A stretch of DNA of 64,000 nt from Oscillospiraceae bacterium (lineage in GTDB: Bacteria; Bacillota; Clostridia; Oscillospirales; Ruminococcaceae), in contig JBJEQR010000012.1 in NCBI GenBank assembly GCA_051881855.1, forward strand, positions 103 through 64,102. The letters run 5' to 3'. Positions within the stretch are counted from its first letter, which is position 1. The number at the start of each line of letters is the position of its first letter. Below the pieces are notes generated by a model. It had not been told where the DNA came from. It saw nothing but the letters and a program-made list of their open reading frames with translations, and searched no databases. Shown piece after piece: positions 54,790 through 62,876 of this stretch. Made by a program: the position numbers and the translations under genes.

Positions 54790-55620
54790 ATGGGAAGAAA
54801 ACTTTTTTGTGATATAAGCCCGACCTGCTATAAGATTTCCGTTATTAAGGAAACATGGCGCAGGTACATAAAAGATTTTTTCAGTAAAGAGAAAATCGCA
54901 AAAACGAGGAGCGAAACGCTTTTGCCCAATATTGTGAAAAGCCACAGCTCCGTCCTCGTAAGACATCTTGCGGGAGTGAACCTGTCCCTTCAGGAAAATA
55001 AAGTCACAAATATAGAGCTTGCCTGCGCCAAAATAAACGGAATAATCGTAAACCCTTGCGAAACCTTCTCTTTCTGGCGCACCGTAGGGAAAACCACCGC
55101 TAAGGAGGGCTATAAAGAGGGCCTTGTCATAAAGCGTGGCGGAAAGCTCGGCTCGGGAACGGGAGGCGGACTTTGTCAGATGGCGAATATGGTCCACTGG
55201 CTCGTGCTGAACAGTCCCCTGACAGTCACAGAGCTTCACCACCATTCCGATGCCCTTTTCCCGGACGAAAGACGCCGGGTGCCATTCGGCACCGGCACCT
55301 CCGTTGTAAATAACTATGTGGATTACCGCTTCAAGAATAACACGGACCAGCCGGTGCAGATAGCCGTTTGGACGGAGAACGGCGAGCTCTGCGGCGAACT
55401 GCGCAGCGAGCATGAGTACCCTTACCGCTATAAGCTCACGGAGGAGGACCACCACTTCCGAAGGGAGGGCGAAAGCTACTACCGCATTTCAAAGGTTTAC
55501 CGCCACGTCATTGACCGCGCTTCCGGCGAAGAAATACGGAAAGAGCTCATTTTGGATAATCACTCCCTTGTGCTCTACGATCACAGCCTGATTCCGAAAG
55601 ACCAGATAAGGGAAGACTGA
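54790..55620 (+). CDS. VanW-family protein
   Basis: ETFSFWRTVGKTT...GYKEGLVI..G......GGGLCQMANMVHW and HHHSD....DERRRVPFGTGTSV are typical of the VanW domain. Confidence 0.85.
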   Translation: MGRKLFCDISPTCYKISVIKETWRRYIKDFFSKEKIAKTRSETLLPNIVKSHSSVLVRHLAGVNLSLQENKVTNIELACAKINGIIVNPCETFSFWRTVGKTTAKEGYKEGLVIKRGGKLGSGTGGGLCQMANMVHWLVLNSPLTVTELHHHSDALFPDERRRVPFGTGTSVVNNYVDYRFKNNTDQPVQIAVWTENGELCGELRSEHEYPYRYKLTEEDHHFRREGESYYRISKVYRHVIDRASGEEIRKELILDNHSLVLYDHSLIPKDQIRED

Positions 55621-55624
55621 TAGC

Positions 55625-57037
55625 TTGTTTGATTTAGAAAAAACTGCCGCCGAAAAAGGCAGCAAAACCGCCTATATATCCGGCGGCGAAGAAATCACAT
55701 ATGCAGAGCTTTGGAAAAGGGCAAATTCCGCCGCCCTGCTTTTGCGAAAACAGGGCACGGGGCCCGTTATTATCTACGGCGACGACGGAATAGACCCGAT
55801 AATCTCCGTTTTTGCATGCCTTTTGGCAGGCCGCCCATATGTGCCGGTGAGCACGAGCACGCCCGCAAAGCGGCTTCAAAAAATTATCGAATCAGCTTCG
55901 TGCTCATTGCTGCTCAAGGCTGAGGGCACTGATGCCGCAACGGAAACAGAAAGCCTTACTCTGGCGGAGCTTAACAAATATGAGCCATGCCCGGAAAATC
56001 TCTGTCAGGGGAATACTGCCTACATAATTTTCACCTCCGGCAGTACCGGCGAGCCAAAGGGAGTCCCGATTTCGAGGGCCAACCTTTTAAATTTCATCGA
56101 CTGGATAAAGACGGTTGAGCCTCTGCCCGATTATAAAGATCCGGTGGTGCTCAATACTGCTTCACTGAGTTTCGACCTGAGCGTAGCAGCGGTATATTAT
56201 GCACTCTGCAACGGATATACTCTCGTCTCCCTTGACAGGAATTCCCGGGAAAACTGTTGCGGGATTTTTGAAGTTCTCAGCAAAAACCGTGTGAACGTCG
56301 CCGTTATGACCCCTACATTTGCAAGGCTCTGCCTTCTGGATAAGGATTTTTCCGCCGGAAATTTTCCGGATCTTCAGTGCATATTCTTCTGTGGGGAGCG
56401 TCTCGAAAATTCCACTGCCGCAAAGCTGTTTCTGAGGTTTCCAAACCTTCGGATAATAAACGCCTACGGCCCGACGGAGGCCACCTGCGCGGTTTCTGCG
56501 GTGCTCATAACCACGGAAATGACTGAAACGGAGAGCATGCTCCCGGTGGGAAGGACTGATACCTCTGCGGTCAAAATCACCGCGGAGGACGGGGAGCTGT
56601 TGCTCAGAGGAAAAAGCGTATTTTCCGGATATTTAGGAGCAGCTTCGGAAAACTGCTTCGTTAAAAACGGAGAAAATTGCTTCCGCACCGGCGACCTTGG
56701 CTATATCGAGGGCGGGAAAATTTACTGCTCCGGGAGGAAGGACAGCCAAATAAAATATAAAGGCTATCGCATCGAGCTTGGAGAAATCGAAGCTGCCCTG
56801 AGCTCTGTTGAGGGTGTTAGGGAGGCAGCGGCTACCGCAAGGAAAGGCCCGGACGGAAACGTAAAGATGATAAAGGCTTTCGTGTCCGCGGAGCCGGACC
56901 TTGACGAAAGCAGTATTAAGGCAAAGCTGAAGGAGCTTCTGCCCGGCTATATGGTGCCGAAAACCATAGAGATAATGGAAAAGCTACCGGTAAATAAAAA
57001 CGGAAAAATCGACAGAAAGCTGCTGATGGAATTATGA
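55625..57037 (+). CDS. dltA: D-alanine--D-alanyl carrier protein ligase-like adenylating enzyme (DltA family)
   Basis: AMP-binding core IIFTSGSTGEPKGV, NAYGPTE, GDLGY, and GRKDSQIKYKGYRIELGEIE. The N-terminus is collinear with DltA. TTG start. Confidence 0.75.
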   Translation: MFDLEKTAAEKGSKTAYISGGEEITYAELWKRANSAALLLRKQGTGPVIIYGDDGIDPIISVFACLLAGRPYVPVSTSTPAKRLQKIIESASCSLLLKAEGTDAATETESLTLAELNKYEPCPENLCQGNTAYIIFTSGSTGEPKGVPISRANLLNFIDWIKTVEPLPDYKDPVVLNTASLSFDLSVAAVYYALCNGYTLVSLDRNSRENCCGIFEVLSKNRVNVAVMTPTFARLCLLDKDFSAGNFPDLQCIFFCGERLENSTAAKLFLRFPNLRIINAYGPTEATCAVSAVLITTEMTETESMLPVGRTDTSAVKITAEDGELLLRGKSVFSGYLGAASENCFVKNGENCFRTGDLGYIEGGKIYCSGRKDSQIKYKGYRIELGEIEAALSSVEGVREAAATARKGPDGNVKMIKAFVSAEPDLDESSIKAKLKELLPGYMVPKTIEIMEKLPVNKNGKIDRKLLMEL

Positions 57038-57258
57038 TAAACGTATCTGAACTGCTTTATGAAATCTGCGAGGATGAGCACGTATATGACCCTGACTGTG
57101 AGCTCATTGAATCTGGTCTTTTGGATTCCTATGCCATGATAGAGCTCTTTTCCGCCCTTGAGGACAGGGGAATATACCTCCAGCCCACACGCATAGACCG
57201 CACCCTCCTCAAAACCCCCGCCGGGATACAGAAGCTCGCGGACGAATATAAAGAATAA
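57034..57258 (+). CDS. dltC: D-alanyl carrier protein-like (DltC family)
   Basis: A 74-aa protein with IESGLLDSYAMIELFSALE, the GLLDS phosphopantetheine-attachment site. ATGA overlap with dltA. Confidence 0.75.
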   Translation: MINVSELLYEICEDEHVYDPDCELIESGLLDSYAMIELFSALEDRGIYLQPTRIDRTLLKTPAGIQKLADEYKE

Positions 57259-57261
57259 CCG

Positions 57262-57306
57262 AAAAAACAAGGGGACGCGCCGAAAGGGGCGTCCCCTTGT
57301 TTTTCG
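57262..57306 (+). terminator. Rho-independent terminator after dltC
   Basis: Long stem AACAAGGGGACGC / GCGTCCCCTTGTT followed by TTTT. Confidence 0.85.
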
Positions 57307-57415
57307 GATTAAATTGCGCTTCAGAGCTTGTATTCTCCGTTCAAAAGAAATATAATGTGTAAAGCCGAAAAGCAAAGAGCGCCCCGTACAGGGGCGCCGG
57401 GAGGAAAGCCTTGTT

Positions 57416-58948
57416 ATGAAGGAGAAACTTTTGTCGCGCCCGGTTTGGCGCCATATTTTGCTGACTTTTGTCTTCGTGGGCACAGCTACGGCCATAGGCG
57501 GGCTATTCCGCTTCTGGCAGTTTCCGGAGACAAACATAGTGGTCGTATATATCCTGTCGGTAATTCTGACCGCAAGGTGCACCGAAGGGTATGTTTACGG
57601 CATTGCCTCCGCTGTCATCTCCACGGGCGCTTTTAACGCGTTTTTTACGGAGCCGTATTTCACTCTTTCCGTTGACGACCCCACGTATCTTATCACCTTT
57701 GCCATTATGGCAATTACCTCCATGATTACCAGCGCGCTGACGTCCAAGGCGAAAAAAATGACCGCCGAGGCTGTGAGAAATGAAAAGGAAGCCAGTGCGC
57801 TTTATCATTTTATAAACCGCCTGACGGACGCTGAAACTGTCGACGGCATTGCCGGCACGGCAGTGCAGATCATAAGCGATACCATGAACTGCAAGGCGGC
57901 TTGCCTTTGCTTTGACGAGCAGGGTCAGCCCGAGCGCACCTATATTCAGCAGAAAAATTCCACCGAGCAGATTCGCCGCAGCGTGGAGGACAGGGAGGAC
58001 TTACGCCACAGGATCGAGAACCTGAGAACGGATTTCGATGAGGGAAGCGAATTTTGCGACTGGCCGATCTACGGCAGCGAATGTATTTTCGGAATTCTGC
58101 GAATCCCGAAAAAGGAGGCTGCCTCGCTTAACACCCACCAGATAAAACTGCTTCATTCCATGATTGAAGGCACCGCTCTTGCCATGGACAGAATGAGAAG
58201 CTCGCAGGAACGCATACGTTCCAACGAGGAGGCGGCCCAGGAGCGCTACAGAGGAAACCTACTGCGGGCCATTTCCCACGATTTGCGCACACCCCTTGCG
58301 GGAATTATGGGAACAAGTGAGATAATTATGGGAATGACGGATAAGGACGACGCCAGATATTCTCTGGCGGGCGAAATATATAAGGACGCCGACTGGCTTC
58401 ATTCCCTTGTGGAAAATATTCTGAGCCTGACGCGCCTTGAGGACGGAAGGCTTTCCCTGCGCAAGCAGCCGGAGGCGGTGGAGGAAGTGGTGGGTGCCGC
58501 GGTTATGGCCATAAGCAAGCATTCCCAGGGACGGGAAATAGCCGTGCATATTCCTGACGATATGCTCCTCGTTCCCATGGACGCAAAGCTCATAGGTCAG
58601 GTGCTCATGAACCTTTTGGACAACGCTGTCAAGCATACCAAGCCTGACGAGGAAATATCAGTGACCGTGTCTGAGGACATAGAGAACGGCATGGCGCTGT
58701 TTACGGTGGCGGACCGGGGCACGGGCATCTCCCCGGAGGATCTGCCCTACGTTTTTCAGATGTTCTATACTACCAAAGGCATGGGCCCGGACGCAAAGCG
58801 CGGCATAGGCCTCGGCCTTGCCATATGTGAATCCATAGTTACAGCGCATGGCGGAACAATAAGCGCCTATAACCGCAAGAGCGGAAAGGGCGCGGTGTTC
58901 ACTTTTGCGCTGCCGTTGAAGGAGACGGAAAAGCATGACAAAGCATAA
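57416..58948 (+). CDS. kdpD: KdpD-type sensor histidine kinase, short form (membrane DUF4118-like module, GAF-like, HisKA, HATPase; no N-terminal KdpD/Usp domains)
   Basis: Four TM helices at the N-terminus. H-box LLRAISHDLRTPL, N-box LLDNAVKHT, and G-boxes DRGTGI and GIGLGLAI. Length is 510 aa. Confidence 0.75.
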   Translation: MKEKLLSRPVWRHILLTFVFVGTATAIGGLFRFWQFPETNIVVVYILSVILTARCTEGYVYGIASAVISTGAFNAFFTEPYFTLSVDDPTYLITFAIMAITSMITSALTSKAKKMTAEAVRNEKEASALYHFINRLTDAETVDGIAGTAVQIISDTMNCKAACLCFDEQGQPERTYIQQKNSTEQIRRSVEDREDLRHRIENLRTDFDEGSEFCDWPIYGSECIFGILRIPKKEAASLNTHQIKLLHSMIEGTALAMDRMRSSQERIRSNEEAAQERYRGNLLRAISHDLRTPLAGIMGTSEIIMGMTDKDDARYSLAGEIYKDADWLHSLVENILSLTRLEDGRLSLRKQPEAVEEVVGAAVMAISKHSQGREIAVHIPDDMLLVPMDAKLIGQVLMNLLDNAVKHTKPDEEISVTVSEDIENGMALFTVADRGTGISPEDLPYVFQMFYTTKGMGPDAKRGIGLGLAICESIVTAHGGTISAYNRKSGKGAVFTFALPLKETEKHDKA

Positions 58949-59630
58949 TGAATGTATCCTCGTGGTGGAGGACGACAGCCAGATACGAAATTTCATATCC
59001 TACGCTCTTAAACAGGAGGGCTTTCCCCATTTGACGGCGGGAAATGCCCAGAGCGCACTGTCGATTCTTGTGTCAAATCAGGTGGATTTGATGCTGCTCG
59101 ACCTGGGATTGCCGGATTTTGACGGCATGGACGTCATAAAAAAGGTGCGCGAGTGGTCAGAGGTGCCGATCATAGTCGTTTCCGCAAGGGACCAGGACAG
59201 CGAAAAAGCCGCCGCGCTGGATAACGGGGCGGACGACTATCTCACAAAGCCCTTTTCTGCAACGGAGCTCATGGCGCGTATCCGCGTCGCCCTGCGCCAC
59301 TCCAGGAACATAAACAATAAAATACAGACCTTCTATTCTGTCGGCGGGCTCAGCATAGACATGGAAAAACACCTTGTCTATCTGGACGGGGAGGAGCTCC
59401 ACGTGACGCCGCTGGAATATAATCTGCTGGTACTGTTTTTCAAAAACATGGGAAAGGTGCTCACGACCCAGTATATACTGAAAGAAATATATGGCGTCGG
59501 CTACGGTACCGACACTCAGGCACTGAGGGCGCTCATGGCGGGGCTGAGGCGGAAAATCGAAAAATCCCCCGCGAAGCCGAGGTATATTCTCACCGAAATT
59601 GGCGTCGGCTACCGCCTTGCGGACGAATAA
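58935..59630 (+). CDS. kdpE: OmpR/PhoB-family response regulator, KdpE-like
   Basis: Receiver domain (ILVVEDD, LMLLDLGLPDFDG, SARD, KPF) plus a winged helix (LTPLEYNLL...YILTEIGVGYRL). It overlaps kdpD by 14 nt. Confidence 0.85.
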   Translation: MTKHNECILVVEDDSQIRNFISYALKQEGFPHLTAGNAQSALSILVSNQVDLMLLDLGLPDFDGMDVIKKVREWSEVPIIVVSARDQDSEKAAALDNGADDYLTKPFSATELMARIRVALRHSRNINNKIQTFYSVGGLSIDMEKHLVYLDGEELHVTPLEYNLLVLFFKNMGKVLTTQYILKEIYGVGYGTDTQALRALMAGLRRKIEKSPAKPRYILTEIGVGYRLADE

Positions 59631-59642
59631 ATATATAATTTT

Positions 59643-59673
59643 TAAAAGCCCTGGGACACTCCCGGGGCTTTTA
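59643..59673 (+). terminator. Rho-independent terminator after kdpE
   Basis: Stem AGCCCTGGG / CCCGGGGCT (one T-G pair) followed by TTTT. Confidence 0.7.
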
Positions 59674-59676
59674 AAA

Positions 59677-59767
59677 TTCTCACAGCATTCTCACAGGAAG
59701 AACGGCACTCTCACACCAAAGTCACAGCGTATGAGCTAAAATCTCACATTGTAAAAAGACTTTGTGA
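59677..59767 (+). promoter_or_regulatory. Five phased direct repeats (T)CTCACA plus one inverted copy upstream of the second K+ uptake operon
   Basis: TCACA cores start at 59680, 59691, 59711, 59722 and 59744, giving spacings of 11, 20, 11 and 22 nt. The inverted TGTGA is at 59763-59767. A candidate -10 TAAAAT is at 59737-59742. Confidence 0.6.
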
Positions 59768-59788
59768 TGCGAGGAGGACTTAAACGCT

Positions 59789-60169
59789 ATGTCACAAAAG
59801 CTCAGCAACAGAAAAATGGAGATGCGCCTGCTGTGTTCTTCCGTGAGAAAATATTCGGGTACAAGCAATTACAAAAAATGCGTGGAGCTGATTTGCAAAG
59901 CCATGGGCAAATATCCCGACGCACCGGAACCCCACAACCTTTTCGGCGTGATCCTTGAAAAAAGAGGGGACCACGCGGAGGCCATGAAGCATTTCCGCGC
60001 CGCCTGCGCCCTGGACCCCATGTATGTGCCTGCTCAATACAATCTGGATCATTTCGGCACGTTCTTTGCCCGGGGCAAATGCGCTTTCGACGAAAGCGAC
60101 TGCCCCAAGGAAGACTCTCAGGAATACGAATATGAACAGGACGAACTGGACATCTATAAGGAGAAATAA
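59789..60169 (+). CDS. Small TPR-like protein with an acidic tail
   Basis: PEPHNLFGVILEKRGDHAEAMKHFRAACALDPMYVPAQYNL reads as one or two TPR units. The stop lies 2 nt before the next start. Confidence 0.45.
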   Translation: MSQKLSNRKMEMRLLCSSVRKYSGTSNYKKCVELICKAMGKYPDAPEPHNLFGVILEKRGDHAEAMKHFRAACALDPMYVPAQYNLDHFGTFFARGKCAFDESDCPKEDSQEYEYEQDELDIYKEK

Positions 60170-60171
60170 AA

Positions 60172-60639
60172 ATGAAATTATTCGGCAGCGAAAGGCATGT
60201 ATCATATACTGTAATTATCGGCTGCGGACGTTTGGGAGCAAATATCGCAGACACCCTTTCGGATAAGGGCGGGAACGTGCTCATTATGGATAAGGACAAA
60301 AGGGCTTTCCGGAAGCTATCGCTTTCCTTCGGCGGTCTCGAGGTGGAGGGCGACGGAATGGACCTTGAAGCGCTTGATGAAGCCGGAATAAAACGGGCTG
60401 AAACTGTTTTGGCGGTTACGGATGATGACAACACAAATATCATGATAGCTCAGCTTGCAAAGGAGGTCTTTAACGTTGACCGCGTCATTTCCCGGCTCTA
60501 TGACCCGGAGCGGGAGTGCGTATACCGGGAACTTGGGATAGATACAATATGCCCGGCGGTGCTGTCAGAAAACGAGGTCGACAGGCTCCTTTTGAAAAAG
60601 GACGGGGAATCATGCAAAAGTGAGGCAAAAGTACAATGA
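60172..60639 (+). CDS. TrkA-N (RCK N-terminal, NAD-binding) domain protein without an RCK_C domain
   Basis: Rossmann motif VIIGCGRLGANIA. It is 155 aa and has no TrkA-C segment. ATGA overlap with the next gene. Confidence 0.8.
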   Translation: MKLFGSERHVSYTVIIGCGRLGANIADTLSDKGGNVLIMDKDKRAFRKLSLSFGGLEVEGDGMDLEALDEAGIKRAETVLAVTDDDNTNIMIAQLAKEVFNVDRVISRLYDPERECVYRELGIDTICPAVLSENEVDRLLLKKDGESCKSEAKVQ

Positions 60640-61319
60640 AAAAAAGCGTACTTTTAGTGGGCGGATACAGAAAGGCCAAATCTCTCAGTTCGTCTTTAAT
60701 TAAGAAAGGCTACCAGGTGACGGCAGTCAACAGCATATATGCTGACTGCGAAAAGCTCGCGGAAAACGAGAAATTGACCGTCATAAACGGCGACGGCACG
60801 AGACCCTATATTCTGGAGGACGCGGGAGCCGAGCACATGGATATGGCCATAGCTTTGACCTCAAAAGACGAGGACAACCTCGTCATATGCGAGCTGTGCA
60901 AAAAGAAATTTCACGTCAAAAAAACGGTCGCACTTTTGTCCGACCCCCAGAAAACGGATTTCTTTTATAAAATGGGCGTGGACAGCGTCGTCTGCGCAAC
61001 CTCTGCTATAACAAGCATTATTGAGCAGCAGGCGTTCATGGATGAAATGGCGAATATCGTCCCAATAGGCGAGGGAAGGGTACAAATTATTGAAATTCCC
61101 ATCACCGCCGCTGACCCCGCGGCGCAAAAGCAGATTTGGGAGATAAACCTGCCAAAAGAAGTGATAGTCGGCTGTATCCTTCGCGGGGATAAAACAATTA
61201 TCCCAAGGGGAGATACCAGGATACTTGAGGGGGACGACCTCGTCCTGCTGTCCGGAAACAATAAAAAGTCAGCAGTCATAAAAGAACTTAAGGGCGGCGA
61301 TACCGGGTGGCCGGACTGA
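60636..61319 (+). CDS. TrkA/KtrA-like RCK protein (degenerate N-domain glycine motif plus TrkA-C domain)
   Basis: The N-domain reads LLVGGYRKAKSL instead of GxGxxG. The TrkA-C domain is clear (RVQIIEIPI.....IWEINLPKEVIVGCILRGDKTIIPRGDTRILEGDDLVLL). Confidence 0.8.
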   Translation: MKKSVLLVGGYRKAKSLSSSLIKKGYQVTAVNSIYADCEKLAENEKLTVINGDGTRPYILEDAGAEHMDMAIALTSKDEDNLVICELCKKKFHVKKTVALLSDPQKTDFFYKMGVDSVVCATSAITSIIEQQAFMDEMANIVPIGEGRVQIIEIPITAADPAAQKQIWEINLPKEVIVGCILRGDKTIIPRGDTRILEGDDLVLLSGNNKKSAVIKELKGGDTGWPD

Positions 61320-62770
61320 AAAACTGCTCAAGCTGCGGAAAACTGATGCTCCTCATAGGGGTGCTCATGGCGGTTCCGTTGCTGATTCTTCCTTTTTATC
61401 CGGACGAGCGGGTCTATGCCTTTTCGTTCATCGTTCCTGCCGCTTTTTCCTTAGTTGCCGGCACGGTGCTCTGCCTGACGCTAAAACGAAATCCCTGTGA
61501 CGAATCTGACAGGCAGGACGAACAGGAGCAAAGCAGCCTGACGGTCCTGTTCGCGTGGTTTTGGGGAATAATTATCGGCTCGCTGCCGTTTGTGCTTTCC
61601 GGCCAGCTGACGTTTGTTCAGGCTGTTTTTGAATCAGTCAGCGGTTGGACAACCACGGGCCTTTCCGTTATGGACGTCACAAAAACCTCCCACGTTTTTC
61701 TGTTTTACAGGAGCTTTATGCAGTACTGCGGCGGCCTCGGCTTTGTGATGATGATGGTAATGCTCGTTTCCGGCAAGCAGTCCATGGACCTTTTCAGCGC
61801 CGAGGGGCACCCGGATAAGCTGATGCCTAACCTCAAAAAGACCGCACAGATGATTTTCGGTATGTACAGCACATTTCTCGCGGTGGGTACAGGGGCATAC
61901 GCCGCTTTCGGTATGCCCCTGCTCGACAGCGTCTGCCATGCTATGTGCTCCCTTTCCACCGGCGGCTTTTCTACCCGCCTTGCCAGTATAGGCGAATATA
62001 ACAGCTTGCCCATTGAGATGGTCACCATCGTGCTCATGCTCATTGGCACGACAAATTTTGCCGTGCTCATGCTTTTGCTGAAACGCAGATGGCACCAGGC
62101 TCTAAACGTCAGCGAAGTGCGTTTTCTTTTCGTGCTTCTGCTGGTTTTTATTCCGGTCACAGCCCTCTCCCTTGCGGGAGGCACGGACATGGGTGCTCTT
62201 GAGAGCCTGCGCCAGTCGGCTTTCAATCTGACTTCGGCGCTTTCCACCACGGGTTATTCCACCGTGGACTATGCCGCGTGGCCTCCCTTCGCCGTGGGCG
62301 TGCTCATTCTGATGATGCTCATAGGAGGAGGAGCAGGCTCCACCGCTGGAGGAATGAAGCTGTCCCGTATATATATCATGCTGCGCATGGTGGGCCTCAG
62401 TATTAAACGGCGCTTTGTTCCTCAGCGCAGCGTGGACGCGCCTTATTACATAAAAGCCCAGGGAAAAACCAAGATAGACGAGGCCCTCTGCTCCGATACC
62501 CTTGGTTTCGTGGGCTGCTATGTGCTTCTGTTTATCCTGGGTTCGCTGCTTTTGACGCTGACAGCCGGTTGCGGACTTGGTGAGGCTATGTTTGAGTTTG
62601 CCTCCGCGCTCGGAACAGTGGGCCTTTCCATAGGACTTACGGGTCCCGGGACGGGAACTGCCACGCTCATAGTAGAAATTTTCGGAATGATACTCGGACG
62701 CCTTGAAATATTCATCGTATTGGCGGGCCTTCGCTTTGTGTTTCGCTCGCTCAGGCACGAAAAAGAGTAA
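61307..62770 (+). CDS. TrkH/KtrB-family K+ transporter membrane subunit
   Basis: Polytopic protein with filter-like segments SGWTTTGLS, LSTGGFS, STTGYS and STAGGMK. GTG start overlapping the preceding gene. Confidence 0.85.
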   Translation: MAGLKNCSSCGKLMLLIGVLMAVPLLILPFYPDERVYAFSFIVPAAFSLVAGTVLCLTLKRNPCDESDRQDEQEQSSLTVLFAWFWGIIIGSLPFVLSGQLTFVQAVFESVSGWTTTGLSVMDVTKTSHVFLFYRSFMQYCGGLGFVMMMVMLVSGKQSMDLFSAEGHPDKLMPNLKKTAQMIFGMYSTFLAVGTGAYAAFGMPLLDSVCHAMCSLSTGGFSTRLASIGEYNSLPIEMVTIVLMLIGTTNFAVLMLLLKRRWHQALNVSEVRFLFVLLLVFIPVTALSLAGGTDMGALESLRQSAFNLTSALSTTGYSTVDYAAWPPFAVGVLILMMLIGGGAGSTAGGMKLSRIYIMLRMVGLSIKRRFVPQRSVDAPYYIKAQGKTKIDEALCSDTLGFVGCYVLLFILGSLLLTLTAGCGLGEAMFEFASALGTVGLSIGLTGPGTGTATLIVEIFGMILGRLEIFIVLAGLRFVFRSLRHEKE

Positions 62771-62876
62771 ATCCACGTTTTAGGAATAAATAGTTTTGCA
62801 ATCTCCATGGATATGTAGTATAATAAAAACACTGCGAACAGGTACAAAATAAAATATCTTTACGGAGGTTTTTTAT

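Noticed and set aside
57379-57397. The GC-rich hairpin GCGCCCC-GTACA-GGGGCGC in the kdpD 5' UTR as a regulatory element.
   Set aside because: It is real in the sequence. However, it is a single 7-bp stem with no T-run and no obvious alternative pairing with the RBS. That is not enough evidence to call it an attenuator or riboswitch.
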